Source: Caulobacteraceae bacterium (lineage in GTDB: Bacteria > Pseudomonadota > Alphaproteobacteria > Caulobacterales > Caulobacteraceae). Taken from it: a stretch of DNA of 64,000 bases. Each line of letters begins with the position of its first letter. Position 1 is the first letter of the stretch. The stretch lies in NCBI GenBank assembly GCA_036500495.1, contig DASYBX010000047.1:5888-69887 (forward strand), given 5' to 3'. The translations under genes and the position numbers were made by a program. Positions 1 through 10,799 of the stretch are shown piece after piece. The notes beneath the pieces are model-generated. The model searched no databases. It had not been told where the DNA came from and saw only the letters and a program-made list of their open reading frames with translations.

Positions 1-1235
1 ACGGCGGCGAGGCCGGCGGCGCAGGCCACGGCGCCGACCAGCTCCAGGCCGAAGCCCAGGCGGCCCGACAGGTCGTGGCGGAACAGGGCGGCCGGCGGGG
101 TCAGCCGGGCGCGGGCCAGCGGCAAGAGGCAGAAGGCGCCGGCGGAGAGCCCCCCGAACAGGGCGGCCTTCAACAACGGACCGGGATAGACGGCGAACAG
201 GGCTGGCACGGGCAGCTTGTTCCCCGCGATGAAGGCCAGCAGGAACGGGCAGGCGGCGCCGAGGCCGAGGCCGATGGCGATGCCGAGCAGGGCCAGGGCG
301 GCGATCTGGATCAGGTAGAGATTGCGGATCAGGGGTCCGTCGGCGCCCAGCGCCTTGAGTGCGGCGATCGACGGCTTCTTGCCCTCCAGATAGGCGCCCA
401 CCGCCTGGGACACGCCCAGGCCGCCGGCCACCAGGGAGGCCAGGCCGATGAAGCCGAGGAAATACTCCAGCCGGTCGATCAGGCGGCGGATGCCGGGCGT
501 GGCGTCGTAGCGGTCGCGCAGGCGCAGCGATTGCGGCAGGGCCCGGGTGAGGGCGCGGGCCGCGGCCTTGGGATCGGCGCCGTCCGGGAGGGCAATGCGG
601 GCGGTCTCGCCGAACAGGCTGCCTTGCAGGAACCCGCCCTTCTCCACCGTGGGCCACGCGGTCAGCACCCGGGGGCCAAGAGCGAAGCCGCGGCTCATGC
701 GGTCGGGCTCGCCGCCGAGCACCGCGGTGGCGACCATCGGCTCGTTGCCCACCTTGAACGGCTGGCCGAGCTTCAGGTGCAGGCGGTCGAGCAGGGCCTG
801 CTCCACCGCTGCGCCGGGCAGGCCGTCTCGGCCGGCGAACACGGCGGCGAGGGTCACGGGGCGCCCGGCGGCGTCGCTGAGATCGACCGTTCCGGCCAGG
901 GGATAGGCTCCATCCACGCCGCGCAGCTCGACCAGGCGGCGGTCGCCCGAAGGCGCCTGGGCCATGGCGCGGGTGGCGACGGCGTAGGTGACGCGGCCGG
1001 CCCGCCCGAAGGCCGCGCGCTCGGTCGGAGTGAAGCCGCGATCGACGCTGACCGCCAGGTCACCCCCGAGGATGGTGCGCGCCTCCTGGGCCAGACCGCG
1101 GCGGAAGGCCTCCGCGGTGGAGCTGGCGGCGGCGATGGCGGCGACACCGACCGCCAGGCAGGCCAGGAAGATACGGAAGCCCCGTACCCCGGCCCGCATC
1201 TCGCGGGCGGCGAAGCGCAGGGAGAGCGGGATCAC
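1..1235 (-). CDS. ABC transporter permease, FtsX-like (YbbP/LolE-type); N-terminal part, gene continues past window start
   Basis: Own translation of the minus strand from GTG at 1235 (GTGA overlap with the ATPase stop) gives VIPLSLRFAAREMRAGVRGFRIFLACLAVGVAAIAAASS..., then a long loop and further hydrophobic helices (LEYFLGFIGLASLVAGGLGV, LIQIAALALLGIAIGLGLGAA). No stop before position 1. The + strand ORF 75..1484 is its antisense shadow. Confidence 0.8.
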   Translation of the reverse strand, partial: MIPLSLRFAAREMRAGVRGFRIFLACLAVGVAAIAAASSTAEAFRRGLAQEARTILGGDLAVSVDRGFTPTERAAFGRAGRVTYAVATRAMAQAPSGDRRLVELRGVDGAYPLAGTVDLSDAAGRPVTLAAVFAGRDGLPGAAVEQALLDRLHLKLGQPFKVGNEPMVATAVLGGEPDRMSRGFALGPRVLTAWPTVEKGGFLQGSLFGETARIALPDGADPKAAARALTRALPQSLRLRDRYDATPGIRRLIDRLEYFLGFIGLASLVAGGLGVSQAVGAYLEGKKPSIAALKALGADGPLIRNLYLIQIAALALLGIAIGLGLGAACPFLLAFIAGNKLPVPALFAVYPGPLLKAALFGGLSAGAFCLLPLARARLTPPAALFRHDLSGRLGFGLELVGAVACAAGLAA

Positions 1236-1921
1236 TCGGCGCGCCCCTCGGCCATGTGCACCTGGCGGTCGGCGCGCGCGGCGAGGGCGGCGTCGTGGGT
1301 GACCATCACCAGGGCCGCGCCGGACTCGGCGATCAGGTCGAACATCAGCCCGGCCACCGCCTCGGCGTTCTTGCCGTCGAGGTTGCCGGTGGGCTCGTCG
1401 GCGAACAGCAGGGCCGGCCGCGCCGCCAGGGCCCGGGCCAGGGCCACCCGCTGCTGCTCCCCGCCCGAGAGCTGGTGCGGATAGTGATGGCCGCGCTTGG
1501 CCAGGCCCACCCGCTCCAGCCACTCGCGGGCGAAGCGCCCGGCGCCCGGCGTACGGGCGATCTCCAGAGGGGCGGCGACGTTCTCCTCCGCGGTCATGTT
1601 GGGCAGCAGGTGGAAGGCCTGGAACACCAGCGACAGGCGACCGCGGCGCAGCCGCGCCCGGCCGTCCTCGTCGAGCCGGGCCAGGTCCTCGCCGAACAGC
1701 CGCACCGTGCCGGACGTGGGCCGTTCCAGCCCCGCCGCCACCGCGATCAGCGACGACTTGCCCGAGCCGGACGGCCCCACCACCGCCACCCGCTCGCCAG
1801 GCTCGACGTCCAGATCCACGCCCTTGAGGATCTCCACCGGCCCGGCCGCCGAGGGCAGGGTCAGGCCCACGCCCTCGAGCCGCAAAGGCAGTTCGGCAAT
1901 CTTCGGGGCGGCGCCGTGCAT
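1232..1921 (-). CDS. ABC transporter ATP-binding protein (YbbA/LolD-like)
   Basis: Walker A GPSGSGKSS, signature LSGGEQQRVALARAL, Walker B LLFADEPTGNLD. Start moved to the internal ATG (MHGAAPKIAELPL). Confidence 0.9.
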   Translation of the reverse strand: MHGAAPKIAELPLRLEGVGLTLPSAAGPVEILKGVDLDVEPGERVAVVGPSGSGKSSLIAVAAGLERPTSGTVRLFGEDLARLDEDGRARLRRGRLSLVFQAFHLLPNMTAEENVAAPLEIARTPGAGRFAREWLERVGLAKRGHHYPHQLSGGEQQRVALARALAARPALLFADEPTGNLDGKNAEAVAGLMFDLIAESGAALVMVTHDAALAARADRQVHMAEGRAE

Positions 1922-1998
1922 CCGGACTCTCGTTTTGGGCCTCTGGTGGAAGGGCCGCCCCACCACCTAGATATGCTGGGGCCAAATAGGAAGAGCAG

Positions 1999-2706
1999 AT
2001 GCCGCGCCGCGTTCCGTTCCGCCTTCCCCTGATTGCCAGGGCCCTGAGCTCCGGGGCCTTGATCTCCGGGGCCTTGATCGCCGGGCTCCTGATTCTGGGG
2101 GGCGGCGGGGCGCAGGCCCGTGAGCCGGACGGAACCCTGGTGGTGACCATGCTGGGCGACAGCCTGACCGCCGGCTACGGCCTGAAGGCCGCAGACGCCA
2201 TCCCCGCCGGGCTGCAGGCGGCGCTGCGCAACGCCGGCCTGAAGGTGACGGTGCGGCCGGCGGGCGTCTCGGGCGACACCAGCGCCGACGGCCTGGCCCG
2301 CGTCGACTTCAGCGTCAGGCCCGACACCGACCTGTGCCTGGTGGTCCTCGGCGGCAACGACCTGCTGCAGGGGGTCGAGCCCAAGGTGATGAAGGCCAAC
2401 CTCGACGGCATCCTCAAGAAGCTGAAGGCCCGGCACATCCGGGCCATGCTGGTGGGGCTCAAGGCGCCGCCGGCGATGGGCGCGGACTACGCCCGCGAGT
2501 TCGACGCCGTGGTTCCGGGCCTGGCCAAGGCCGACCAGGCGCCGGCCTTTCCCGACCTGCTCGGCAAGGTTGCGCTGGACCGTTCGCTGAACCAAGGCGA
2601 TGGTGTGCACCCCAATCCCGAAGGGGTGAAGCAGGTCGTCGCCCGGCTGGCGCCGGCCGTCGCCGCGGCCCTGAAACCCTCACCCGCTCGCGCAGCGGAG
2701 CGGTAG
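1999..2706 (+). CDS. SGNH/GDSL arylesterase-lysophospholipase (TesA-like), secreted
   Basis: Signal-like N-terminus, GDSLTAGYG (block I), GGNDLL (block III), DGVHPN (block V). Divergent from the ABC ATPase/permease pair, as in tesA-ybbA-ybbP loci. Confidence 0.85.
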   Translation: MPRRVPFRLPLIARALSSGALISGALIAGLLILGGGGAQAREPDGTLVVTMLGDSLTAGYGLKAADAIPAGLQAALRNAGLKVTVRPAGVSGDTSADGLARVDFSVRPDTDLCLVVLGGNDLLQGVEPKVMKANLDGILKKLKARHIRAMLVGLKAPPAMGADYAREFDAVVPGLAKADQAPAFPDLLGKVALDRSLNQGDGVHPNPEGVKQVVARLAPAVAAALKPSPARAAER

Positions 2707-2726
2707 CGCAAACCCGAGAACCTCCG

Positions 2727-3221
2727 ATGCCGCAGAACTACCTCCCATACTTGGTGATGGCCGTGGCCATCATCTTCATGATCCGGCGCAACCTGCGCAG
2801 CCGCCGCATCCGGGCCGAGACCCTATGGGTGATCCCGGTGATCCTGACCGCCATCGCCGCCCTGACCATCTACCAGGCGCCCCCGCATGACGCTGTGGGC
2901 GTCGCCATCGTCGCGGCCGGCGCCGTCGGTGGGGCCGTGGCGGGCTGGTACCGAGGCAAGTTCACCCACATCACCCTGGACTCCGCCACCGGCGTGCTCA
3001 CCGGCAAGGGCTCGGTGATCGGGCTCGTCCTGATCCTGGCCCTGCTCATGGGACGCTACGCGGTCCGCGCCTGGGCCCAGACCCATCCGGACAAGTCCGG
3101 GATCGCCATCGCCGTCACCGACGCCGTCTTCCTGTTCGGCTTCGCCACCCTGATCGTGGCGCGCCTGGAGATGTGGCTGCGCTGCCGCAAGCTGATGGCG
3201 AGCCCCGCGCAGGCCGCCTAG
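2727..3221 (+). CDS. small integral membrane protein (DUF1453/CcdC-like)
   Basis: ATG at 2727 within ORF 2334..3221 (MPQNYLPYLVMAVAIIFMIRRNLRSRRIR...). Four hydrophobic helices. The upstream part of the track ORF is Arg/Pro/Gly junk. Confidence 0.55.
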   Translation: MPQNYLPYLVMAVAIIFMIRRNLRSRRIRAETLWVIPVILTAIAALTIYQAPPHDAVGVAIVAAGAVGGAVAGWYRGKFTHITLDSATGVLTGKGSVIGLVLILALLMGRYAVRAWAQTHPDKSGIAIAVTDAVFLFGFATLIVARLEMWLRCRKLMASPAQAA

Positions 3222-3223
3222 AC

Positions 3224-3293
3224 AGGATTCTCTTGGCCAACCGCTCCGCTGTTCAAGTAGGATTCCTTTTGGCCTACCGCTCCGCTGCTTGAG
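3224..3293. repeat. two tandem copies (35-bp period) of the dispersed repeat unit, minus orientation
   Basis: aggattctcttggccaaccgctccgctgttcaag / aggattccttttggcctaccgctccgctgcttgag. The reverse complement CTCAAGCAGCGGAGCGGTAGGCCAAAAGGAATCCT matches the units at 27645-27745. Confidence 0.85.
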
Positions 3294-3300
3294 GCCGTCC

Positions 3301-3834
3301 ATGATCCGCATGTTCGCCGCCCTGGACGTGCCCGAAGACATCGGCGAAGGCCTGCAGCGCCGCCAGCAGGGCCTGCCCGGCGCACGCTGGCGCACGCTGG
3401 AGGCCCTGCACATCACCCTGCGCTTCTTCGGCGAGGTGCGCGAGGACATGGCCGACGACCTCGATGCGGAGCTGTCCACCGTCACGGGCGCCCCCTTCGA
3501 CCTGACGCTGGAGGGCGCGGGCGCGTTCGGGGAGGGCGAGGACATCCACGCGGTCTGGGCGGGGGTGGCCGAGAACCCGCCGCTGCGCCAGCTCGCCGCC
3601 CGCTGCGAGGCCGCCGCCCGCCGTTCCGGCCTCGAGCCCGAGCAGCGCGCCTATCGCCCGCACGTGACCCTGGCCTACACCCGACATCCCGACCCGGTCC
3701 GCGTCGCCGGCTGGATCCAGGGTCACAACCTGCTCAAGTCCCCGCCCTTCCGCGTGGACCGCTTCGGCCTCTATTCCAGCTGGCAGGGCCCAGATGGCTC
3801 GGTCTACCGGTTGGAGCGGGAGTACCTGCTCTGA
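3301..3834 (+). CDS. thpR: RNA 2',3'-cyclic phosphodiesterase / 2'-5' RNA ligase family
   Basis: Two H-x-T-x motifs (HITLRF and HVTLAY) at the spacing typical of 2H phosphoesterases. Start at ATG 3301 (3289 and 3310 also possible). Confidence 0.85.
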   Translation: MIRMFAALDVPEDIGEGLQRRQQGLPGARWRTLEALHITLRFFGEVREDMADDLDAELSTVTGAPFDLTLEGAGAFGEGEDIHAVWAGVAENPPLRQLAARCEAAARRSGLEPEQRAYRPHVTLAYTRHPDPVRVAGWIQGHNLLKSPPFRVDRFGLYSSWQGPDGSVYRLEREYLL

Positions 3835-3860
3835 GCCTGGCCTGGGTGTGACCTGAACGG

Positions 3861-4229
3861 TCAGGCCGGCACGACCTCCATGCCCACCGGCGTCAGGGCG
3901 AGGCCGGCCAGCTTGATATGCTGCCAAGCGAAGGGGATGCCGATGATGGTGAGCGCCAGGCCGACGGCCAGGACCACATGGTGCAGCGCCAGCCACCAGC
4001 CGGCGAAGATCAACCACAGGATGTTGAGCAGGGCGCTGCCCACGCCGGTGTCGCGCGGCACGACCCGCTTGCCGAACGGCCCGTAGCTGAAGCTCGCCAT
4101 GCGGAAGGCCGCCGGGGTCCATGGCAGGCCGATCACGGTGATGGCCAGGATCACCCCGGCCAGGAGCCAGAGGGTGCCCGAGATCCAGCCGCCGAAGATG
4201 AACCACAGTATGTTGAGCAGGAAGCTCAT
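3861..4229 (-). CDS. yccF: YccF-family inner membrane protein (DUF307)
   Basis: Duplicated NILWFIFGGW / NILWLIFAGWW motifs and GLPWT / GIPFA loops characteristic of YccF. Confidence 0.85.
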   Translation of the reverse strand: MSFLLNILWFIFGGWISGTLWLLAGVILAITVIGLPWTPAAFRMASFSYGPFGKRVVPRDTGVGSALLNILWLIFAGWWLALHHVVLAVGLALTIIGIPFAWQHIKLAGLALTPVGMEVVPA

Positions 4230-4273
4230 GGGCGCGCTCCGTTCCGGCGGCGATCGTTCTGGTCTGAGGGCGC

Positions 4274-4657
4274 CTAGCCCGTGACCGCGTAGTCCTTCAG
4301 CACCCCCAAGGGCACAATGGCCAAGGTCTCCTCATGGGTGCATTCCAGCACCACCTGGGGGGCCATGCCGGCGTCGAGCGCCTCCTTCCAGCGCGGGGCG
4401 CACAGGCACCAGCGGTCGCCGGGCTTCAGCCCGAGGAAGCCGTATTGGGGGACGGGCGTGGAGAGGTCGTTGCCGGCGGCCTTGGAGAAGGCCAGGAACT
4501 CGGCGGTCATCACCGCGCATACCGTGTGCAGGCCGAGGTCGTCCGGCCCCGTCTCGCAGCAGCCGTTGCGGAAGAAACCGGTCACGGGATCGAGCGAGCA
4601 GAGCTCCAGCTCGCCGCCGAGCACATTGCGGGCGCCTTCGTCGAAACGCATGGTCAT
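4274..4657 (-). CDS. DUF2237 family protein
   Basis: 127 aa. GFFRNGCCETGPDDLGLHTVC and DRWCLCAPRW motifs as in DUF2237. Confidence 0.75.
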   Translation of the reverse strand: MTMRFDEGARNVLGGELELCSLDPVTGFFRNGCCETGPDDLGLHTVCAVMTAEFLAFSKAAGNDLSTPVPQYGFLGLKPGDRWCLCAPRWKEALDAGMAPQVVLECTHEETLAIVPLGVLKDYAVTG

Positions 4658-4705
4658 GTGCCAGCCTAACCCCTAATGACCGAAGGCTGCCAAGGGAGCT
4701 CGCCG

Positions 4706-5572
4706 ATGTCCAGCGCCACGCAGGGCCAACAGACAATAGGATTGAGGCGGAGCCTGCTCTACGTGCCCGCGACCAAGCCCAGGGCGCTGGAGAAGGCGCT
4801 GGAGCTGCCGGCCGACGTGATCATCGTCGACCTGGAGGACTCGGTGGGCCCGGCCGCCAAGGATCAGGCGCGCGACGCCGCCGTGGCCGCCCTGCGCCGC
4901 GGCTTCCCCGGCAAGACCACGGCCTTGCGGATCAACGGGCTCGACACCCCCTGGGGCCAGGCCGACCTGAAGGCCGTGGTGCACGCCCAGCCGGACGTGG
5001 TGGTGCTGCCCAAGGTGTCGACGCCCGAGCCGATCCAGGCGGTGGCGCGCGGCATCGGCACGGACACGCGCCTGTGGGCCATGATCGAGAGCTGCATGGC
5101 CCTGATCCGGATGCCGGACATCGCCGGCGCGGCCAAGACCTCCGGCCTCGCGGGCCTGCTCGTCGGGACCAATGACCTGGCCGCCGAGATGGGCTGCCAT
5201 GCGGGCGTGGACCGCCACGCCCTGGTCCCGGCGCTGAGCCAGGTGGTGATCACCGCCCGCGCCTGGGGCCTGACCCCGCTGGACGGCCCGTTCAACGACT
5301 TCGAGGACCACGGGGGGATGGAGATCCAGTGCCGTCATGCCGCCGAGCTGGGCTTCGATGGCAAGAGCCTGATCCATCCCGCCCAGATCGAGGCCGCCAA
5401 CCGTGCCTTCTCCCCTTCGGCCGAACGCATCGCCTGGGCCCGGGCCGTGATCGCCGCCTTCCAGGCCGATCCCAAGGCGGGGGTGCTGAACGTGGACGGG
5501 CGGATGGTGGAGCGCATGCATCTGCGCGAGGCCCAGGCGATCGCCAGGTTTGCGCTCTCCTCCGCCCCTTGA
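4706..5572 (+). CDS. HpcH/HpaI aldolase - citrate lyase beta (CitE)/malyl-CoA lyase-like protein
   Basis: LRRSLLYVPA...ADVIIVDLEDSV N-terminal signature and DGPFNDF...GFDGKSLIHPAQI C-terminal signature. AGGGAG 7 nt upstream of ATG 4706. Confidence 0.8.
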   Translation: MSSATQGQQTIGLRRSLLYVPATKPRALEKALELPADVIIVDLEDSVGPAAKDQARDAAVAALRRGFPGKTTALRINGLDTPWGQADLKAVVHAQPDVVVLPKVSTPEPIQAVARGIGTDTRLWAMIESCMALIRMPDIAGAAKTSGLAGLLVGTNDLAAEMGCHAGVDRHALVPALSQVVITARAWGLTPLDGPFNDFEDHGGMEIQCRHAAELGFDGKSLIHPAQIEAANRAFSPSAERIAWARAVIAAFQADPKAGVLNVDGRMVERMHLREAQAIARFALSSAP

Positions 5573-5614
5573 TGGGGAAAGGCCGGCAGCGGGGGCGGCC
5601 GTTCAGCTAGGGGT

Positions 5615-6055
5615 TCAGGAGGCGCTGCGCATGGCGCCGAGCGGACCCTGGGCGGCGTCGATGGCGCGGGCCAGGGCTTCAGCGGCGTAGGGGACCGGCT
5701 CGCCCACGCCCCACACCGGGCCGGGCCAGGCCGCGTCGTCGGGCCGGCGGCCGATGACGTGGACGTGCAGCTGGGGCGTGATGTTGCCGAGCTGGCCGAC
5801 GTTGAGCTTGTCGATCGGACGGCCGATCGCGGCGGCCACCGCCTTCACCGCCGCCCCGGCCAGCACGATCTCCTCCATCAGCTGATGGCGGTTCTGCGGC
5901 GACAGGTGCTCGATCTCGCGGGCGCCCACCTTGCGCGGGATCAGCACGATCCACGGCCAGCGGGCGTCGAGCTGCAGGCGGGCATGGCAAAGCTTGAGTT
6001 CGGCCAGGGGTTCGGACGTCGCCGCGAAGGCGGGGTGGAGAGCGAACTTGTCCAA
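5615..6055 (-). CDS. HIT (histidine triad) family hydrolase
   Basis: Histidine triad PQLHVHVIGR. 146 aa. Confidence 0.85.
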   Translation of the reverse strand: MDKFALHPAFAATSEPLAELKLCHARLQLDARWPWIVLIPRKVGAREIEHLSPQNRHQLMEEIVLAGAAVKAVAAAIGRPIDKLNVGQLGNITPQLHVHVIGRRPDDAAWPGPVWGVGEPVPYAAEALARAIDAAQGPLGAMRSAS

Positions 6056-6165
6056 GGAAGAGGGTCTTTCGTTGCGCGATCGCCTGGCGGCTGATCGAGC
6101 GCGTCCACACCGGGTTCAGGCGCGCGGCTCAATAGCGGCGAGCCGGGACGCCGTCCACCGCATAA

Positions 6166-7221
<1,056 letters not shown>

Positions 7222-7310
7222 CGTCGCCGAGATCCGCGCCGGCGGCCTTGGCCGGCGCGAACGGAAGGTCTTCAAATCGCCGCTAGGCGGCAGGACCAGG
7301 ACGGTTCAAA

Positions 7311-7345
7311 GCTCCGGCCGGGACCGCCCCTGCCGGAGCTTTTTT
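7311..7345 (+). terminator. rho-independent terminator after mdh
   Basis: gctccggc (7311-7318) / gccggagc (7332-7339) stem followed by TTTTTT (7340-7345). Confidence 0.7.
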
Positions 7346-7346
7346 C

Positions 7347-7874
7347 ATGTTCCCTGTCCTCGAAACCGAACGGCTGATCCTGCGGCGCCCGGACGAAAGC
7401 GACCTCGACGCCTTCACCGAGTTGATGGCGGATCCGGAGGTGACCCGGTTCCTGGGCGGCCCGGCCTCGCGCACCGTGGCCTGGCGCGCGATCGCCACGA
7501 TCGCCGGGGCGTGGGCGATCCAGGGCTTCGGCATGTTCTCGGTGATCGACAGGGGCTCGGGCCGGTGGATCGGCCGCGCCGGCCCGTGGCGGCCGGAGGG
7601 CTGGCCGGGATCGGAGGTGGGCTGGGCCCTGACCCGCTCGGCCTGGGGCCAGGGCTACGCCACCGAGGCGGCGCGGGCCTCGATCGAATTCGCCTTCGAC
7701 AAGCTGGGATGGGACGAGGTGATCCACATGATCGATCCTCTCAACGCCCCGTCCCAGGCGGTGGCCCGGCGAGTCGGCTCGCGCTCGCTGCGCCACGGCC
7801 GCCTCCCGGACGTCGACCTCGATCTGGAGGTCTGGGGCCAGACCCGGACGGACTGGCTCGCCCGCCGCGCCTAG
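7347..7874 (+). CDS. GNAT family N-acetyltransferase (RimJ/RimL-like)
   Basis: LETERLILRRPDESDLDAFTELMADPEVTRFLGG N-terminus and WGQGYATEAARA acetyl-CoA region. Confidence 0.85.
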   Translation: MFPVLETERLILRRPDESDLDAFTELMADPEVTRFLGGPASRTVAWRAIATIAGAWAIQGFGMFSVIDRGSGRWIGRAGPWRPEGWPGSEVGWALTRSAWGQGYATEAARASIEFAFDKLGWDEVIHMIDPLNAPSQAVARRVGSRSLRHGRLPDVDLDLEVWGQTRTDWLARRA

Positions 7875-8638
7875 AACCAGCCCGCCTGCCGGAGCGCACC
7901 GGCGAAGCTGCGGCTGACCGGCGCCTCGACGCCGGTCTTCAGCACCAGCACCCCGCGCCCGTCCGAGCGGCGGGCGTCGGCCACCGCCGCCCGGGCCACC
8001 CACCAGGAGCGGTGGGTCTGGGCGCCCTCCAGGCCGTCGAGCTCGCCGATGGCGTCGGCCAGGCGCATCAGGATCAGGTCCGACCCCCGGGAGGTGTGCA
8101 GGCGCAGATAGTGGTCCTCGGCTTCGATGGCGTAGAGCTCGGCGCCGCGCAGCTTGACGGGCAGACGCTCGAAGAACTTCGGCTGGGCCGACGAACCGGG
8201 CGCTGTGGCGGGCGCCGAAGGCGCCTTGCGACGCTCGGCTTGGTCGGCGACCAGGTGGTTGATCGCCGTCATCAGCACCGACACCATCAGCACCGGCGGG
8301 AAGAAGCCCGGCAGGATCTTGGGGTCGGTGGCCATGTAGTCGGGGAAGAACTGCGGGCCCAGGAACCACACCAGCACCGTCACCGGGACAGCCATCCCCA
8401 AAGCCAGGATCAGCGACCCGACCAGGGGCCGCGCCTTCAGCCACCCCCTCAGATAGACCGGCAGGAAGATCCCGGCCCCGATCAGGCTGGCCAGAACCAT
8501 GGTGGTGACCCAGTAGCCCAGCCTCTGGGGCAGGGGCGCGGCCACGGTGCCGAAGGCCCCGGCATAGGCCAGGAACAGGCCGGCGATGGTGGCGATGGCC
8601 ACCGAACGCAACAGGCCGAAGGCGACGCCCCTCGCCAT
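7871..8638 (-). CDS. membrane-anchored LytTR-domain DNA-binding protein
   Basis: About 4 N-terminal TM helices, then a LytTR domain (LYAIEAEDHYLRLHTSRGSDLILMRLADAI...HRSWWVA). Start set at ATG 8638 (MARGVAFGLL). Confidence 0.75.
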   Translation of the reverse strand: MARGVAFGLLRSVAIATIAGLFLAYAGAFGTVAAPLPQRLGYWVTTMVLASLIGAGIFLPVYLRGWLKARPLVGSLILALGMAVPVTVLVWFLGPQFFPDYMATDPKILPGFFPPVLMVSVLMTAINHLVADQAERRKAPSAPATAPGSSAQPKFFERLPVKLRGAELYAIEAEDHYLRLHTSRGSDLILMRLADAIGELDGLEGAQTHRSWWVARAAVADARRSDGRGVLVLKTGVEAPVSRSFAGALRQAGWF

Positions 8639-8800
8639 TGACGAAGCGCGGACGGCGGGCGGGCGCCGTTCACGTAGGGCGGACGTCGGTTCGTGCATCG
8701 GTCGGTGAATCTCTGCGCAGCCTCGGTCTACCACCGCGTCAGGCCTCGCCGCCTCCCCTTTTTAGCCCTGACCTGCCCCGATCCGACCTCGGAGCCGACC

Positions 8801-9364
8801 ATGATCTCGACGCCCCTCGTCCCCGCCAAGCCCGCCCCGCTGCGCCTCACGGCCCTGTTCGCCCAGGCGACGGCCGGCTCCCTGATCGCCCTGGCCCTGG
8901 TGGCCGCGTCCCTGTGGCCGCGGCGCCATGTGATGGGCCTCGACCGCCTGCCGCCGCTGCGCCTGCACGCCCCGGAGTTCTGGCGAATCGCGGCTGCAGC
9001 CCCGGCCATCCAGCTGCATCTGGCGGGAGTGGCCATCGCCCTGCTGATCGGCGTGGTCCTCCTGGTCGGGGTGAAGGGGACCACGGCCCACCGCGTGCTG
9101 GGCTGGGCCTGGGTCCTAGCCATGCTGACGGCGGCGGTCTCGTCGCTGTTCATCCGGGTGATCAACCACGGTCAGTTCAGCTTCATCCACCTGCTGTCCG
9201 GCTGGACCATCCTGGCGCTGCCCATGGGCGTGGCCTTCGCCCGACGTCACCGGGTCAAGCTGCACGCCCGCATGATGACGGGACTGTTCACCGGCGGCCT
9301 GGTCCTGGCGGGCCTGCTCGCCTTCGTGCCCGGCAGGCTCATGTGGAATTTGCTTTTCGGTTAG
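8801..9364 (+). CDS. polytopic membrane protein (DUF2306-like)
   Basis: ATG 8801 (MISTPLVPAKPAPL...). Hydrophobic helices throughout. Family assignment from memory only. Confidence 0.55.
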   Translation: MISTPLVPAKPAPLRLTALFAQATAGSLIALALVAASLWPRRHVMGLDRLPPLRLHAPEFWRIAAAAPAIQLHLAGVAIALLIGVVLLVGVKGTTAHRVLGWAWVLAMLTAAVSSLFIRVINHGQFSFIHLLSGWTILALPMGVAFARRHRVKLHARMMTGLFTGGLVLAGLLAFVPGRLMWNLLFG

Positions 9365-9486
9365 GCCGCCAAAGGCGTTGGCGCATAAGGAATATGACCC
9401 TTTCAGGCCCTGGCTTGCGTTGGGCCCTCCGCAAGCCGATATTCCATCTGCGTCCATCAGGACGTCCAACAAGGGTTTCTGATCCC

Positions 9487-10236
9487 ATGAGCGACTTCAA
9501 CCGCGGCTATTCATCGATCCCCGCGGGTCGCGCCGACATGGCGGTGGACGCGGGCCTGCGTTCCTTCATGCTCGGCGTCTACAACAAGGTGGCCCTGGGC
9601 CTGGTCCTGTCGGCCGCCCTGGCCTTCGCGACCTCGGCGGTCCCCGCCATCCGCGACCTACTGTTCTCCGTCACCCCCGACGGCCGTTTCGCGGGCGTCA
9701 CCCCGCTGGGCATGGCCGTGCAATGGTCGCCAGTGATCGCGATCTTCGTCGGCATGTTCGCCATGCGCAATCCGTCGCCGCGCAGCTCGGGCATCTTCTA
9801 CTGGGTCATCGTCGCCCTGATCGGCGCCGGGCTCGGCTTCATCGGCCTGATCTACACCGGCGCCTCGATCGCCTCGACCTTCCTGATCAGCGCGGCCTCG
9901 TTCGGCGCGCTCAGCCTGGCCGGCTATACCACCAAGAAGGACCTGACCGGCTTCGGCAGCTTCCTGATCGTGGGGCTGTTCGGCCTGATCATCGCCAGCG
10001 TCGTGAACATCTTCCTTCACTCGTCGATGATGTATTTCATCATCAACGTGCTGGGCGTGTTCATCTTCGCCGGCCTGATCGCCTACGACACCCAGCGCCT
10101 GAAGACGACCTACTACCAGCTGGGCGGGAACCAGGCCGGTTTGGGCGTGGCCACCAACTATGGCGCCCTGAGCCTCTACCTCGACTTCATCAACCTGTTC
10201 CTGTTCCTGCTGCGCATCTTCGGCGGCCGCCGCTAG
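9487..10236 (+). CDS. Bax inhibitor-1/YccA family membrane protein
   Basis: MSDFNRGYSS...LRSFMLGVYNKVALGL N-terminus, 7 TM helices, C-terminal YLDFINLFLFLLRIFGGRR. In frame within the spurious long ORF 8638..10236. Confidence 0.9.
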   Translation: MSDFNRGYSSIPAGRADMAVDAGLRSFMLGVYNKVALGLVLSAALAFATSAVPAIRDLLFSVTPDGRFAGVTPLGMAVQWSPVIAIFVGMFAMRNPSPRSSGIFYWVIVALIGAGLGFIGLIYTGASIASTFLISAASFGALSLAGYTTKKDLTGFGSFLIVGLFGLIIASVVNIFLHSSMMYFIINVLGVFIFAGLIAYDTQRLKTTYYQLGGNQAGLGVATNYGALSLYLDFINLFLFLLRIFGGRR

Positions 10237-10264
10237 GCGCTTCGGACAGGCTCAAAAATGCGAA

Positions 10265-10292
10265 GGCCCGGGAGCGATCCCGGGCCTTTTTT
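10265..10292 (+). terminator. rho-independent terminator
   Basis: ggcccggga-gcga-tcccgggcc stem-loop followed by TTTTTT. Confidence 0.8.
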
Positions 10293-10330
10293 GATCGTGT
10301 TTGCGCGCCCGCTTCGCTACTCGAGGGCGG

Positions 10331-10666
10331 CTACTCCACCACCTTGAAGCGCCCGCGGTCGAACAGCTTGAGCACCTGTCCCAGGTCGTGGCCGCGCTTC
10401 AGGATCACCCCGCCCTGGCCGACCACCGCCCAGGCCCCCTGCCGGCGGCCTAGGGCCGGGCGTTTCTCGATGCGGTAGAGGGGATTCTCCGACGCCCGGC
10501 GGAACACCGAGAACACCGCCACCTCCTTGAGGCCGGCGATCGCATAGTCCCGCCATTCGCCGGCGGCCACCTGCCGGCCATAGAGCCGCAGGAGCTGGTC
10601 CAGCTCGCGACGGTCGAAGAAGACGACAGACGAAGCCGGTTCAGGGGCGAAGGCGTCGAGACTCAT
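10331..10666 (-). CDS. DUF2794 family protein
   Basis: 111 aa. FDRRELDQLLRLYGRQVAAGEWRDYAI motif typical of this alphaproteobacterial family. Confidence 0.75.
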   Translation of the reverse strand: MSLDAFAPEPASSVVFFDRRELDQLLRLYGRQVAAGEWRDYAIAGLKEVAVFSVFRRASENPLYRIEKRPALGRRQGAWAVVGQGGVILKRGHDLGQVLKLFDRGRFKVVE

Positions 10667-10799
10667 CTCTCGCAGTTAAGCACGATCCGAAAACTTAGGA
10701 AGAGTTAGGGCGTATCGGCCCCGCCTCGGCGGCGCTGATCCGCGCCCAGGCAGGCGAACGCCGATGGCCGTGCACGACAATGCAACGCTATCACGGGCT

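Noticed and set aside
75-1484. 469-aa + strand ORF (Gly/Ala/Arg-rich) and its neighbours 547..906 and 988..1302
   Set aside because: Antisense shadow of the ABC permease/ATPase genes. Low-complexity composition and no motifs, while the minus strand gives a clean FtsX-like permease and ABC ATPase.
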